64,000 bases of DNA from Catajapyx aquilonaris (lineage: Eukaryota). The position numbers and the translations under genes were made by a program. Each line of letters opens with the position of its first letter. The stretch's first letter is position 1. The DNA lies in assembly GCA_000934665.2 (NCBI GenBank), contig KZ538504.1:1-64000 (forward strand). Direction: 5' to 3'. This document shows, piece after piece, positions 40,525-52,442 of this stretch. The notes under the pieces were generated by a model. That model was not told where the DNA came from and made no database searches. It was given only the letters and a program-made list of their open reading frames with translations.

Positions 40525-43127
40525 ACCGGTTGGCCAACACGCCAATTAAAAAGAACCGACTGATTATTGCCCATCACCTAAGCTTAAATCACTTGCCAAA
40601 GGTCAATGGGTACCGAATGTGGTTAAGTGCATTGCTTACAGCTTACGGGTTTAAACCTCGTTATTAGAGCATTAATCTTTCGATAACGTAGAAAATGGGG
40701 ATTCCTGGCTTTAAGAAATGGTGGCAATTGAGTCTGCCAAGTGGGTGTGATGAGAAATGCATAGGTTACAGGGCGATAGAACTGTGAAGCCGTGAATACA
40801 TCAGTAACAAGGAGTGTGGTTTGCTTTACATAAGTCCCACCCATAATCTTACACATCAGTAACTATTGCTATCCCAGGAACTGAGAACTACGGCTGACAC
40901 TTTAATTCATCCTACCACGAACAATTGCATTGGTCACTGAATACTGCGCTGCAGCCCTTGCACTCCCCCAAAGACACCAATAATTCGATACTCGCATTGC
41001 GAAGTCTTCTGACAAATAACTTATCGCCGAAACCCTATTTCGGGGATGCCATGACTCTGTTATAAAGAATTTCCTTAACATTGGCTGGTCACTTGCAGCC
41101 CTATGGCGAAATGATTGCATACACTACACGCAGTAATTTCTGTCTGGGGATGGTAAGATTGCTTAGAAGTGGTGTTGTACTGTACATGTGTTTGGGAGGA
41201 GGGCAGAAGAGGCGGGCATTATGGCTGACTTGAATCAGCCCCACTCTCGGCTCTCCAATGTAAGAAATATTTAAAACTTGCTCATATATAGTCGGCACAC
41301 AGTAGGTCTGACACAGGAGGAGAGCAGGAGAAAAGGAAAACTGCGCTAAAGACTTTTTTAAAATCACCCTTTTACAGTACCAATCACAGCCACCTTTAAA
41401 AATATCATCCACAGATTCTGCATCACCAAACTGAACTTATAAGAGTCACTAGTGTCAGACCTTACAGTGCGGCAACTATAAATAGGCGTGTATATTCTGT
41501 ATTTTAGTAATGCTATATATACTTCCTGCTTATAACGGAAAAAAACAAGCTTTTGCTGTGATGGTGGTAGGGTTCAGCCCCTTTGGCCCCTAACAATGAG
41601 CCGAGGCTGCGTCCATAAAGCATGAGGTTTTTGGCGATGTGAATGGGATTCTGAATATTCCGAAATGTAGCCAATGGGCTAACAATGGTAGCAACAGCTC
41701 CCCCAAACTCCCCAAACTGAATTTGATGTTTGGCAGTGTTAAATATGTATTTTTAAAGTGGTATCTCATAAATGCTCAAAATTGTCAACACCATCAATAA
41801 AAAACTACCCCAAATTCCCAAATTGTGTTCACAAAAACACTGTCACACAGAAAACCTAACTCACATTTATATCCTAACCAATGGGAAAACACCACATTTG
41901 AGCACAAAGCAACAAATAGCTCCAAGAAACATTGCAGTCCATCACAGCCATCACTCTCCTCCCCACATGGCTAAACCACTGCAACAAATGTTCCAGAACC
42001 CTTTTGACAATGCACAAAATTCCAGTTTATGTGAAACTAAACGAGATGGCCAAGAAAGATGATAAGTAAATATACAGCAATGCCAAAAGCATAATGGCAC
42101 TGTTGCAATGATGCTCATAAACATATGCTCCATTTAAGGGAACAATTTTCATCGGCGTGAATGTATTGGAGAATATTCCAAAAAAAGTGCATGGAAATCA
42201 GAGAAAAACCGAATAAATATGTGACTAATAATTGTTTAAATACCGGTATGTGAACCTGTTGTGATAGTTCCTGTGGGAAACCCCTTCTGATAAACTGTTG
42301 ATCCTTTCTACATCATCTTGTACTTAGATATCGATACCCAGATTCCGTGAATTTGTACACCCAATACCTGACGAGAGTAGATATTTTTCTGTGAGTATCC
42401 ACACAACAACCCAAAAAGAAACTGGTAACAGGTTAATCTCCAAAGTGTTGAATGTATCCTAGAGTAAGACAATGTTAAAGAAAAGAGGTTTCACTTGTAG
42501 TTCAATGTATTCTGTGCCTTTGTGTATTGTGGTGTTTAAGAAGCTCAGTAAGAGTAAGCTGAAAGTGGCATCATGAAAGTGTGTTTGACCCTTCCCCATC
42601 TCCGTAACAAAAAAATGTCATAGTAGAGTGCACCTGTTGCAATAAGTACAGTGCAGTAACCTGTAATCCCTCATGTGGTAAAGAAAGTGATGCCTACAAT
42701 AATATTGCATATGATGTACAACATAATATTTTGTAATCGCTGGCAGTGTACTTCCCAACTTCCCCTGCCACCTGCGGTAATAGCCATCTCAGACTGTAAC
42801 AGGACGGGAGATGTCGTCCCTGTGATTGTGGTCTGTAAGTCTACCTATATGACACTCTTTATGATTTGGAATAATGAAAGTGGCCTTGTAAAAATGGATG
42901 TTGATTTTTTACACTTGATTCCCCACATTTCAGGCAATACCAGGGCATGAAGGATTTTACGGCCCTGTTCCTTGTTACAATTCGCTGCCATGGGCAGTGC
43001 ACATACAGTGTTCACAGTACTGCTCCAATAAATGAACAAAAGTGGAATATGCCATATACCCTAGGTGTGCATCCCCACTACTACCACGTAAATGGTCTTT
43101 ACAATCAATAACAGAACAAGATCAAGT

Positions 43128-43384
43128 AATAATAATGGATAGGCCTCCTTGGGCCTCTTAGGGGATCATCTTTTCATTCATCAACTTTAATAATTTCCTG
43201 CGCTATGATTGATTTTGATTGTGGGAGGAAACACGAGAACCCCGAGAAAACCCACGCGAGCACGGAGAGAACCCATCGAAACTCTATCCACATAAGTATC
43301 CTCCGTCCGACTCAGGGATCGAACTTGGGACCTTAGAGGTGGAAGGCTGAGGCGCTAACCCCTCCGCCACCATGTCGCCCATGG
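43128..43384 (-). mobile_element. SINE family B
   Basis: Homologous to 15607-15935; 15-bp TSD AGAACAAGATCAAGT (43113-43127 / 43385-43399). Confidence 0.9.
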
Positions 43385-44149
43385 AGAACAAGATCAAGTG
43401 AAAATTAAAATGAACATTACCACGCATAAAACAAAAATAGCATTTATATAATAGGTCATTACACAGCAGTTCATTCGAAGTTTAGCCCTTGGTATCTCTG
43501 ACATAGTTCACGCTTTTTCAATTGGAAGTACTTCACCTTAAACAAACACGCCTATGATCATTCTTCTGGGGGGAGGGGGGGGGATTACCAGAGTTGCGGA
43601 GGAGACCAGAATTTGCAATAAGACGCTGCACTATATCCAAAAAGTGACACTGTCTACCTTAATATCTGTAGTGAGAGCTACAGGAGAGCTTAGATGATTC
43701 ACAAACTAAGGTGCAAGGAAGAGGCATAGGCCATCTAAAATTATTTTGTTATGGAAAAATTTATTGAAAACAAATTATCTCAAATTCTCAAGTCGATACT
43801 ACAAGGGTTGTTCAAGGTTGACTGAGACTTTTATTTCGCCAGAATAAATGAAAAATACGACAAGCATCAAACTATGTCAGTTTTTCAGGGTATTCCCTGT
43901 GTGTCCAGGCACTGATGCCATTGTTGTGGCAGCTCCCTGATGCCTTTGGCTTAAGAAGATCTGGGCTGGTGTCGCAGCCACTGCAGGACATGGTCTTTCT
44001 TCAGTGCTTCATCCGGCTTCATCTGTCTTGAATTTCTTCCCTCCCAAGGGCCCCGAACAATGATAATCACTGTGGGGGCTAAGTCCAGACTGTGAGGGGC
44101 ATGCATTTTGGCGAGAGGTGCTGCTGTCAAATTGGCTGTGAGGGGCTGA

Positions 44150-44411
44150 GCATTATCATTATCATTATTATTTTATTTTACCCCGTGATAGGGCAGAGTT
44201 TTCTTCGATTTTTCTGACTCTTACTTCACACATGGGTGGGGCCAAGGATAGGGACTGAAGGAAGCGGCTGTGGCCTATTTTTACGGAAACGACCCCGGAA
44301 TTAACCTGGGTGGACCGTGGGATACCACAGAAAACGAAGGTCAGGATCGCCGGCCCCGGGATTCGAACCCAGGACCTCCCAATTAGCAGGCGAACTCCAT
44401 ATCCACTACAC
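44150..44411 (-). mobile_element. tRNA-derived SINE, family D
   Basis: Reverse complement of GCTAATTGGGAGGTCCTGGGTTCGAATCC..ATAGGCCACAGCCGCTTCCTTC; tail TATCACGGGGTAAAATAAAATAAT. Confidence 0.82.
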
Positions 44412-44771
44412 TAACCTGCTTCGGTTGGCTGAGAATTGTCATGGAGAATGACATTTCCAGACACCATCCCAGGTCTTTTCTTGCAAACGACATTTTGTAC
44501 GGCACCCTTCATCAGTGTGGAGTAATGCTGGGCATTTGACCCATTTCTCAGAAAAAAAATCCATGTGGATAACACTTTGCATGTCTGCATGACTTCAGGC
44601 TGATGAACATGTCCATGCAGTTCATTTGTCACCAGCTCTCATCCTTCACCAAACTGTTGACACCATTCCTGCACTCTAGCCTGTGACATTGTTTGTTTCC
44701 CATTCTGTGTTTGCAATATTCTCAAAATTTCAGGTGGTTTAACGTTCTGCGTCACACGAAATTTGATTATG

Positions 44772-44970
44772 CACCGCAGTCCCATAGCTACGGCGTCCGA
44801 CTGCTAATCGGGAGGTCCTGGGTTCTAATCCCAGGGCCGGCAACCTTGACCTTGGTTTTCTGTGGTTTTCCACGGTATTTCTAGGATAATTCCGGGGTCG
44901 CTTCCGTACAATAGGCCACGGCCGCTTCCTTCCTTCCCTATCCTTGGAGGTTGAAAGGCAATGCTGGGCC
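44772..44970 (+). mobile_element. SINE family D (partial)
   Basis: CCGACTGCTAATCGGGAGGTCCTGGGTTCTAATCCC..AATAGGCCACGGCCGCTTCCTTCC. Confidence 0.8.
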
Positions 44971-45723
44971 AACCTCCTTAAATATCAATTATAAAGTCCC
45001 ATAGCTACAATCCTACAAACACACTGCTTGCCACCATGTTCACTGCAACTGTTGCACATGCGCCAAATGGGGACATTAAAGAGAGATTACTTGACATCCT
45101 GTGAAAGTTTCATCATGCTACACTAATTAATTCATTGACTTTTTATGCACAAAAGTCTCAGTCAACCTTGAAAGATGGGCATTTCATATGTGGTCGAGAA
45201 ATTAGGTGCACAAAGCTGGTGTCGAATTAAACCTGCTTAGTAATCCCAGGAATGCATGTGTTCGCCAAGGACATGGCCAGGTGGCACCAACATGGTGAAC
45301 ATTCAGCTCTCATTTTAAGAATTTCTCACTCACATAATTATGAAATATTCATAAAAACTCCCTTGTGATAATGAACATACAAGGTGATACTATTAAAGAG
45401 AAAAAAGGGGTGAAAATGTAGCTGGAGTATTTGAGAAAATTAATTTTTCATTTGCCAACTTTATAGAAAATTACCAAAATTTCCAAAAACTAAATGTTAG
45501 ATTGTGTACTTCTCTTGTTGCACCGTTGTGATTCATTTTAGCTCTCGTGCAGGTCTCTGCTGCAAATAGCATCAATTCTCAGATACTGTGCACCATCTTA
45601 TTGCAAATTCCATCCACTACCATAACTCCATTAAATTTTTTTCTTCAGAATAATGACCATAAGCATGTTTGTTTAGTGATGAATAGTTATACTTGAAAAC
45701 TTTGAACAATATGGAAGATAACC

Positions 45724-46057
45724 GGGGAGGTGTGGTGGCCGTGATGGTAACGTCACGGCTTGCTGAGTGAAAGGCCCCAGGTTCGATCCCCGCCTGGGGA
45801 ACTTTCCTTTCACCTGCGTCAGGAGGGTCTCTGACCTGCACCAAGGAGGTGTCTGGCAACCTAACCTCCTGGGGAACAGCACATGACCCCTTTACCGACA
45901 TTGCACTTGCACCAATGTTCCCTCCCCAAAAATCCCTACCCCTACCCTACATCCTAGACTCCTTGCACCAGTGTATGAAGTTAAACGGAGAGAAAATTGA
46001 GGTATCCCACCCCCCTAAAAAGGCTAAGCCTTATCACGGGGTTAAAAAAAAAAAATC
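45724..46057 (+). mobile_element. SINE family C
   Basis: Full head and body, poly-A tail, TSD AAGATAACC. Confidence 0.9.
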
Positions 46058-46596
46058 AAGATAACCCGGGTTAATCTTGGTACAAACTGGCATGGAATGA
46101 CCGAATAACTAGCCAAACTCCAGCACAGCAAATGCTAATCAAGATTTATATGATTCCTTTTTTGCAAGCATTTTAAATACCTACAAGGTTATTTTTTGAA
46201 AGAACATAGGGCAGCATGTCTCTGGATTTCCCGCTTGGCCGCGCGGTAGGCAGATGATCGCCAAGCTGTGCTAAGCGATGCTTGCCAGCCCATAACTTCT
46301 CCAGTAAATCAGAGACAACCATGAAGTAAGATGAGTAGCCGGATGAATCACGGCCCTTCTCGAATCTGTCTACCAGGAGTGTGAGGTACTGAGGTAGCAG
46401 CAGCCGGGGGAGGCATTTGTACGTTGCTGAACTCAGCGAATGCCGAATTTTAATATCAAGTTTTCAGACACTAGTTGATGATGGCCAATATTTTGAGTCA
46501 CATATTGTTCACAAAAAGTATTATTTGATAAAATGATAAAATAAATGCTACTTGCACAATGTGGCAACAGTGCAAATGGAACCTTACACTGTGCAA

Positions 46597-48553
46597 TAGG
46601 GCGGCTCGAAAATCACTTTTTTTCGAAAGTTGTAGTTCGCTAGTGAAAAAAAAGTTGTGTTGGGCGATCCTTTTAACAGGTAAAAAATCTGAGTCATGTG
46701 GGTTAATATCCTACGGCTCCGCCAGGGGCGTAAGTGACGCAACTTCCGGTTTTTCGTTTTTTGGTGTGCGAGTACACTTACCCGGCCTAAACATGAAAAG
46801 TTGTGGCCCTTTGGGGGTGGGCCTTTGGGGGTGACATGTCGTTATTTTTGACATATCTTGCACCGTTGACGAGATATTGACCAAAACCCCAGGTTCAAAA
46901 ATTACACCGTTCTGCAAAAAAACACTCTCTTTCGCTCTTTTGAAAACATTTATGTGCTTTTTATGGATTTTGGGGTGCTGAATCCGAATCCGGCAACAGA
47001 TTTGCTGTATCACGTAAAGTTTTCGAGATATATCGTTTTAAACCTTTGGACGGTTTACTAGGGGTCTTTCCGAATCAAGTGGGCCTAAATGTGGCTAGAC
47101 CGCCTTGGATCTTGCTGAAAATAATCACAGATGTACTCATCTATTCCCTAACGCTTCCTATAAAAATTCAGCCATATTGACTCAATACTGTGATGAGGGG
47201 AAAATTCTCAAACATCTGGAAATGGCTGAGAATGCGGCCTTTTATGGAGAATTTTTTTTTCGGTTAGTGCAAGTGGTCAAACCCCAATGAACATATATAT
47301 CAAAAGAAAGGGAAACACGAGGACAATGCGCCTATGAAATTAGTATTCCTCTAAAATGTGAAAATAAATTTTTATAGCATTTCATTTGTCACTTGCTCAG
47401 TCACATGACCAAGAATATATTGTGACCTCAACAATATTATTATAATCGACTGTCCTTGGCCGACTCCCTCTCGTACCTTTTACACTTATACAAAAACGTA
47501 TATCACTGGTTCGGGCAGTCCTGCGGGAAAAACCCTTACGCAGTCCTGGATATACACTGCGACAACTGTGAAAAACAACAATTCTTGATTTAAGTGTCGT
47601 ATCTCTCAAAATTTGCGTTTTCTCAAATTATGTACGTGATAGAGCCATTCTGACTTCAGATCTGGATTCAGCACACCTTAATCTATATAGTCCATCTACT
47701 TTTATCCAAAATAGGATTTTTCTGCAGAACATGTTGAGGTCACGATATATTCTTGGGCATGTGACTGAGCAAGTGACAAATGAAATTCTATAAAAATTTA
47801 TTTTTACATCTTAGAGGAATACTAATTCCATAGGCGCATTGTCCTGGTGTTTCCCTTTCTTTTGATATATATGTTCATTGGGGTTTGACCACTTGCACTA
47901 ACCGAAAAAAAAAAATCTCCATAAAAGGCCGCATTCTCAGCCATTTCCAGATGTTTGCGAATTTTCCCCTCATCACAGTATTGAGCAATATGGCTGAATT
48001 TTTATAGGAAGTGTTAGGGAATAGATGAGTACATCTGTGATTATTTTCAGCAAGATCCAAGGCGGTCTAGCCACATTTAGGCCCACTTGATTCGGAAAGA
48101 CCCCTAGTAAACCGTCCAAAGGTTTAAAACGATATATCTCGAAAACTTTACGTGATACAGCAAATCTGTTGCCGGATTCGGATTCAGCACCCCAAAATCC
48201 ATAAAAAGCACATAAATGTTTTCAAAAGAGCGAAAGAGAATGTTTTTTTGCAGAACGGTGTAATTTTTGAACCTGGGGTTTTGGTCAATATCTCGTCAAC
48301 GGTGCAAGATATGTCAAAAATAACGACATGTCACCCCCAAAGGGCCACAACTTTTCATGTTTAGGCCGGGTAAGTGTACTCGCACACCAAAAAACGAAAA
48401 ACCGGAAGTTGCGTCACTTACGCCCCTGGCGGAGCCGTAGGATATTAACCCACATGACTCAGATTTTTTACCTGTTAAAAGGATCGCCCAACACAACTTT
48501 TTTTCACTAGCGAACTACAACTTTCGAAAAAAAGTGATTTTCGAGCCGCCCTA
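46597..48553. mobile_element. Young ~1.96-kb palindromic non-autonomous hAT-like element
   Basis: TIR begins TAGGGCGGCTCGAAAATCAC; 8-bp TSD CTGTGCAA (46589-46596 / 48554-48561); near-identical arms ~46597-47433 and ~47733-48553, which explain the mirrored ORFs in the track. Confidence 0.93.
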
Positions 48554-49681
48554 CTGTGCAATCATGCTTGCACGCAGTTAAAATTTTAACGAAAGTATCG
48601 TTCTTGAACAAGATGCGACTCAAATAATTGGCCATCATGAACTAGTGTCTGAAAAATTAATATTAAAATTTCAGCAGCTTTTTTAGTGCCTACTGTGGCC
48701 ATTCAAGTGCAAAAAAATTGCAACTTCTCGACATTTGAGCCCAGGTTTTCACTACTTACGGGACACATATTTAAAAACCGAATTTCACTCTTTGATCTAA
48801 TATTATCAGGAACAAGTTCCAATAAAAATTATTGGATTAACTTCAAAAATTATTGGATTAACTTCAAAATCAATCTTGGAAGGTTTCAACTTCCACTTTA
48901 GAATATGACACATGGGTCCCCCTATTTTTCCAGTGTTTGCGAACTTTTCCTGATTTTTAAAACAAGTTTTGAAATTCATTAATTTTTGCTTTGAAAATGG
49001 TAAATATTTGGAGAATCACCCATATACAGAATTTTGATATAATTTTATAATAGAACTCATGCTACTTTGTTACACAAAAATTAACGATTAAATATATAAA
49101 ACTACGTATGAGAGAAAAGATTTACTTGAAGTGTGAATTTTCTAGCACAATGACAAAAATTTGCATCTCACTTATAAAAAATATACACTGGGTTTTGACA
49201 CTACTTCATTTTATAACATGTCTGTCAGTGTAAAATAAAAATTAAAAAACAAAAAATTGTGTTTTTGAGAAAATGATTGAAATATGCATGTTTTCGCTTG
49301 TTGCCATATTTTCACCTCGCATATCTTGACTACACGCAGAGCGAACAAAGGTGCTATATAATAACCTTTAGGGGGTCACCGAGTATATATCACAAAATAT
49401 AATCAGCACAACCGTCACATTTACCATAACAGTGTATTAAATTGCGAAATATGCGCATTTGACCAAAATATGCGTGATTGTTTTTTTTTTTAATGACTGT
49501 ACCCTTAAATAAGGTATGTATTACACAACAGTGCATTATTCCAAAAGCATCAGTTTAAAATTTCATATTGGTTTTCAGAACAGTTCCGGAAATACAGGGT
49601 GAAGGGAAACTCGTGCCAAATCACCAGGTAGACTGGTAGTATTCGCAAAATATAGGGATGTGCAATTAGTTTTGGGCTCTT

Positions 49682-49868
49682 GGGGAGGTGCGGTGGCCCA
49701 GATGGTAATGTCTCGGCTTGCTGAGTGAAAGGTCCCAGGTTCGATCCCTGCCTGGGAGCTCCCTTTCGCCTGCGTCAGGAGGGTCTCTGACCTGCCCCTT
49801 GGAGGTGTCTGGCAACTTAACCTCCTGGGGAACAGCGCAAGACCCGTTTAACGACATTGCACTTGTGC
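49682..49868 (+). mobile_element. SINE family C (3'-truncated)
   Basis: Matches the 6406 copy up to GACATTGCACTTG. Confidence 0.85.
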
Positions 49869-50190
49869 GCTCGCCTCCAGACCCAAAGTTGTGGGTTTGA
49901 ACCTGGCTAAGGTCGGTGACTTTTCTCCGAGTGGTAGAAAAGTGAGAGTGAGCCTTCCTTCGGAGTGGAAGTAAAGCCGTCGGTCCCGTGTGCTTGTGAC
50001 ATTGCGTGAGTGCACGTTAAAGATCCCCGAGTGGCCAAATTTCCAGGAGGAGGACCACCTCCTGGCGTCGGTGTTGAGCCTTAGCAGCAGAAATAGGCCG
50101 ACGGTAAGCCCCACTTTCGCCGTGTATGAATAGTTGAGGTGGGGAGGGAGGAGTGGTAGGTATTCAAAAAGAGGCATCATCAACTTTTGG
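49869..50190 (+). mobile_element. SINE family F with a Deu/Nin-domain-like core
   Basis: tRNA-like B-box remnant GTGGGTTTGAACCTGGC; core GTAAAGCCGTCGGTCCCGTGTGC..GCACGTTAAAGATCCC. Confidence 0.6.
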
Positions 50191-50211
50191 GGGGCCCACC
50201 TTTTATATTCC

Positions 50212-50400
50212 CATCTTTATTCATTGATTGCGCTGTGATGGCTTTTGATTGTGGGAGGAAACGAAAGAACCCAAGAAAACCCACGTGAACAAGAAGAGAA
50301 AACATCATAATTCTTGACACATAAAAAATTCCTCTGTCCAACCTGGGGATTTAAGTTGACATGGAAGGCTGGAACACTACACAACCCTATCACCCAGTAC
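50212..50400 (-). mobile_element. SINE family B (degenerate)
   Basis: TTTTGATTGTGGGAGGAAACG..CCCAAGAAAACCCACGTGAAC matches the 43128 copy. Confidence 0.7.
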
Positions 50401-50998
50401 AAGTGAAATTACTAGCCATATAATTTATATCTAGGGTGCCCTGGATAATCATGATTAAATTATAATGATATGGATGTTTTAATTTCAAATGTAGCCCTTC
50501 TGTTTCAAAATATTCAGGTAGGTAGCCAGTGTATCTCTGCTCTCAAAGAGCAGTTCCCACAATTTCTCTTATTTTGGTTCATGTTTATCCACAGTGCCAA
50601 AAAAATGTTGAAAATGCCACAAGCAGATAAGACTGAAGGTCCATCAGGTGGGAGGTCCTGACACAATGGCTCTTCATGTCTGGGCTAAAAAGGAAACACC
50701 TAGGTTCTTTGATATTATTGGCCATGTCATCAGTCATTTCCCACAAATTAATGTGTGCCCTGTGATGGCATTGGCAAAAGGGATTAAAATGGCCACAGAG
50801 AATATTATGAACCTTCAGTAAATTGTAAGAAGGTGTCAGAAGAAAATAAGATACAATAATCACCTGGAGTACATGGCTTACCAAGCAGTGAGTTTAGCAA
50901 TGATTTGTTTACCTCCACTGCAGCAGCTAGCCTCTGAGTTTAGTAATAGCCTCAAATATAAAACATATTTAAAGGCATAATATCAATAATTAATGCCG

Positions 50999-51688
50999 TA
51001 TTAGCTCACATAAAGCGGTATGCCAGTGTAGCCGAGGTTGACCAGTTTTTAGAAATGCACAATCTGGTGGCTATACCGGCATGCCAGTATAGGGCGAGAT
51101 ATGCGGTATAAGGCGAGGTTTTCACATAAGTTACATTAAGCTGGGTTCACACTAGCTGACGGTAGCAAACGAAACGAACGAAACGGTACCGTGTACCAAT
51201 CGGAGCTACCCACATTCCCTTCCGTTTCCACCAATGGGAGAGGCAGGAAAGCGGCGGGGTCCTTCATCTCGCTAGCCACCACCCCGGCTGGCTTTCTGGC
51301 CTCCCCATAGGTGGATATGAAAGCAATGGACCAGACTACATTAAAAAGTTCCATAAAGGTTATCAAAAAGGCACATTTTCCGAATAGATTGTTTTCAATT
51401 GCAGTGTCTGGCAATAATCTCTATTTAAAAGAAGGCTGACAATGGGATTGGTCACACAATCTACATTTTTTAATATGCACTGTGCAACAGAACTTGCATA
51501 TTCTCACAGCCTGTACACTCGCCCATTTTCATTGTAACATAATTTCAGTAGCATTCCATTTAAAAATGACAACGATCAAAATTACAGAAATCTACCTCGG
51601 TTATTGCGGCATGCTGGCCACCCCGGGTTATACCGGCATTCTGGTCGACCTCATTTTATACTGGCATGCCGCTTTATGTGAAGTAATA
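50999..51688. mobile_element. MITE with degenerate TIRs
   Basis: TCACATAAAGCGGTATGCCAGTGTA..GAGGTTGACCAG vs CTGGTCGACCTC..TATACTGGCATGCCGCTTTATGTGA. Confidence 0.7.
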
Positions 51689-52233
51689 CAGTATATTAAG
51701 GAACATTCCAAACTCACCAGCATGTCATATGTATGATTTGCATGATCATAGTGGGCTCAAAGACACTTCATCTGCCAATCTGTCTATAACTTATTATCGT
51801 CACATTTGTGTGTGGAAAACAATGTACGGGATAAAGATTCCCCCTGTGAGGTGGCTTTGTACGAGCATACCATATTTGATTGTTTTAAATCAGGAAAATG
51901 GCCCTAGTGAAATAAATGTGAGCTTAGTGAACTAATGTACTCACACACATTACCTTCAAATCAGCTGTCCCAAGGGAAAAAAGCCCTTTTGCCCTCACCG
52001 GTTTTGTAGATAATATAAGGCTTTTTCCTTGGGACAGCAGAAATGTTTTGCGTTAGTGGCATGAAGACTCTATCATGTTGTCTCCACAAGTGATTACAAA
52101 ATCCATTAACATGGAAGATACTCAACCATAGAATGTGATTTATTGCACAAAGTTTGGGAGTGGCCTCTTCAATTCAATTATTATTAAACTTAAGAAGTGT
52201 TATGAAAATGTAATTTGAAAGTATGGTACTTAC

Positions 52234-52442
52234 AGTGTCGACATCTTGTGCAGAAGCAAAGGAATAGGATGCCCTCAGATATGATGATGGCTGTGTTCTG
52301 TCTGGTTGAAATGCGCAACCAGGAGCTAGCATAACTTTCTTCTTTGGACCTTTTTCCAAGATCATTTTGGTGGTGTCAGCTACACCATTCACCTTCATCC
52401 ACAAAAACATGCCTCCATGTGGAACATTCCACTCAGCCAAGC
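52234..52442 (-). CDS. AADAT: Kynurenine/alpha-aminoadipate aminotransferase, probable penultimate exon
   Basis: (G)LAEWNVPHGGMFLWMKV..VMLAPGCAF..PSSYLRASYSFAS; acceptor CCACAG, donor GTAAGT; phase 1 matches the preceding exon. Confidence 0.9.

Larger units (their letters stand above)
43800..45172 (-). pseudogene. Decayed mariner transposon / transposase pseudogene carrying two SINE insertions
   Basis: TIR TTCAAGGTTGACTGAGACTTTT / AAAAGTCTCAGTCAACCTTGAA. The minus strand gives KKRPGMVSGNVILHDNSQP (HDNARPH motif) and, with frameshifts, HAPHSLDLAP.SDYH..GGKKFKTDE..VLQWLR..KGIRELPQQWHQCL (YSPDLAPSD motif region). Confidence 0.88.

Noticed and set aside
46155..46182. Candidate AADAT terminal exon VFKMLAKKESYKS* on the minus strand (other candidates near 50945 and 51900)
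   Set aside because: Weak similarity and poor or TE-embedded splice context; not supportable without transcripts.
46711..48510. Duplicated ORF pairs (MIQQICC.., MDLAENN..) on opposite strands
   Set aside because: A by-product of the 2-kb palindrome; no transposase or other motifs.
45173..49509. Possible large Kolobok-like element (right end ..TGACTGTACCCTTAA) hosting the palindrome
   Set aside because: I could not identify a matching left terminus or TTAA duplication.
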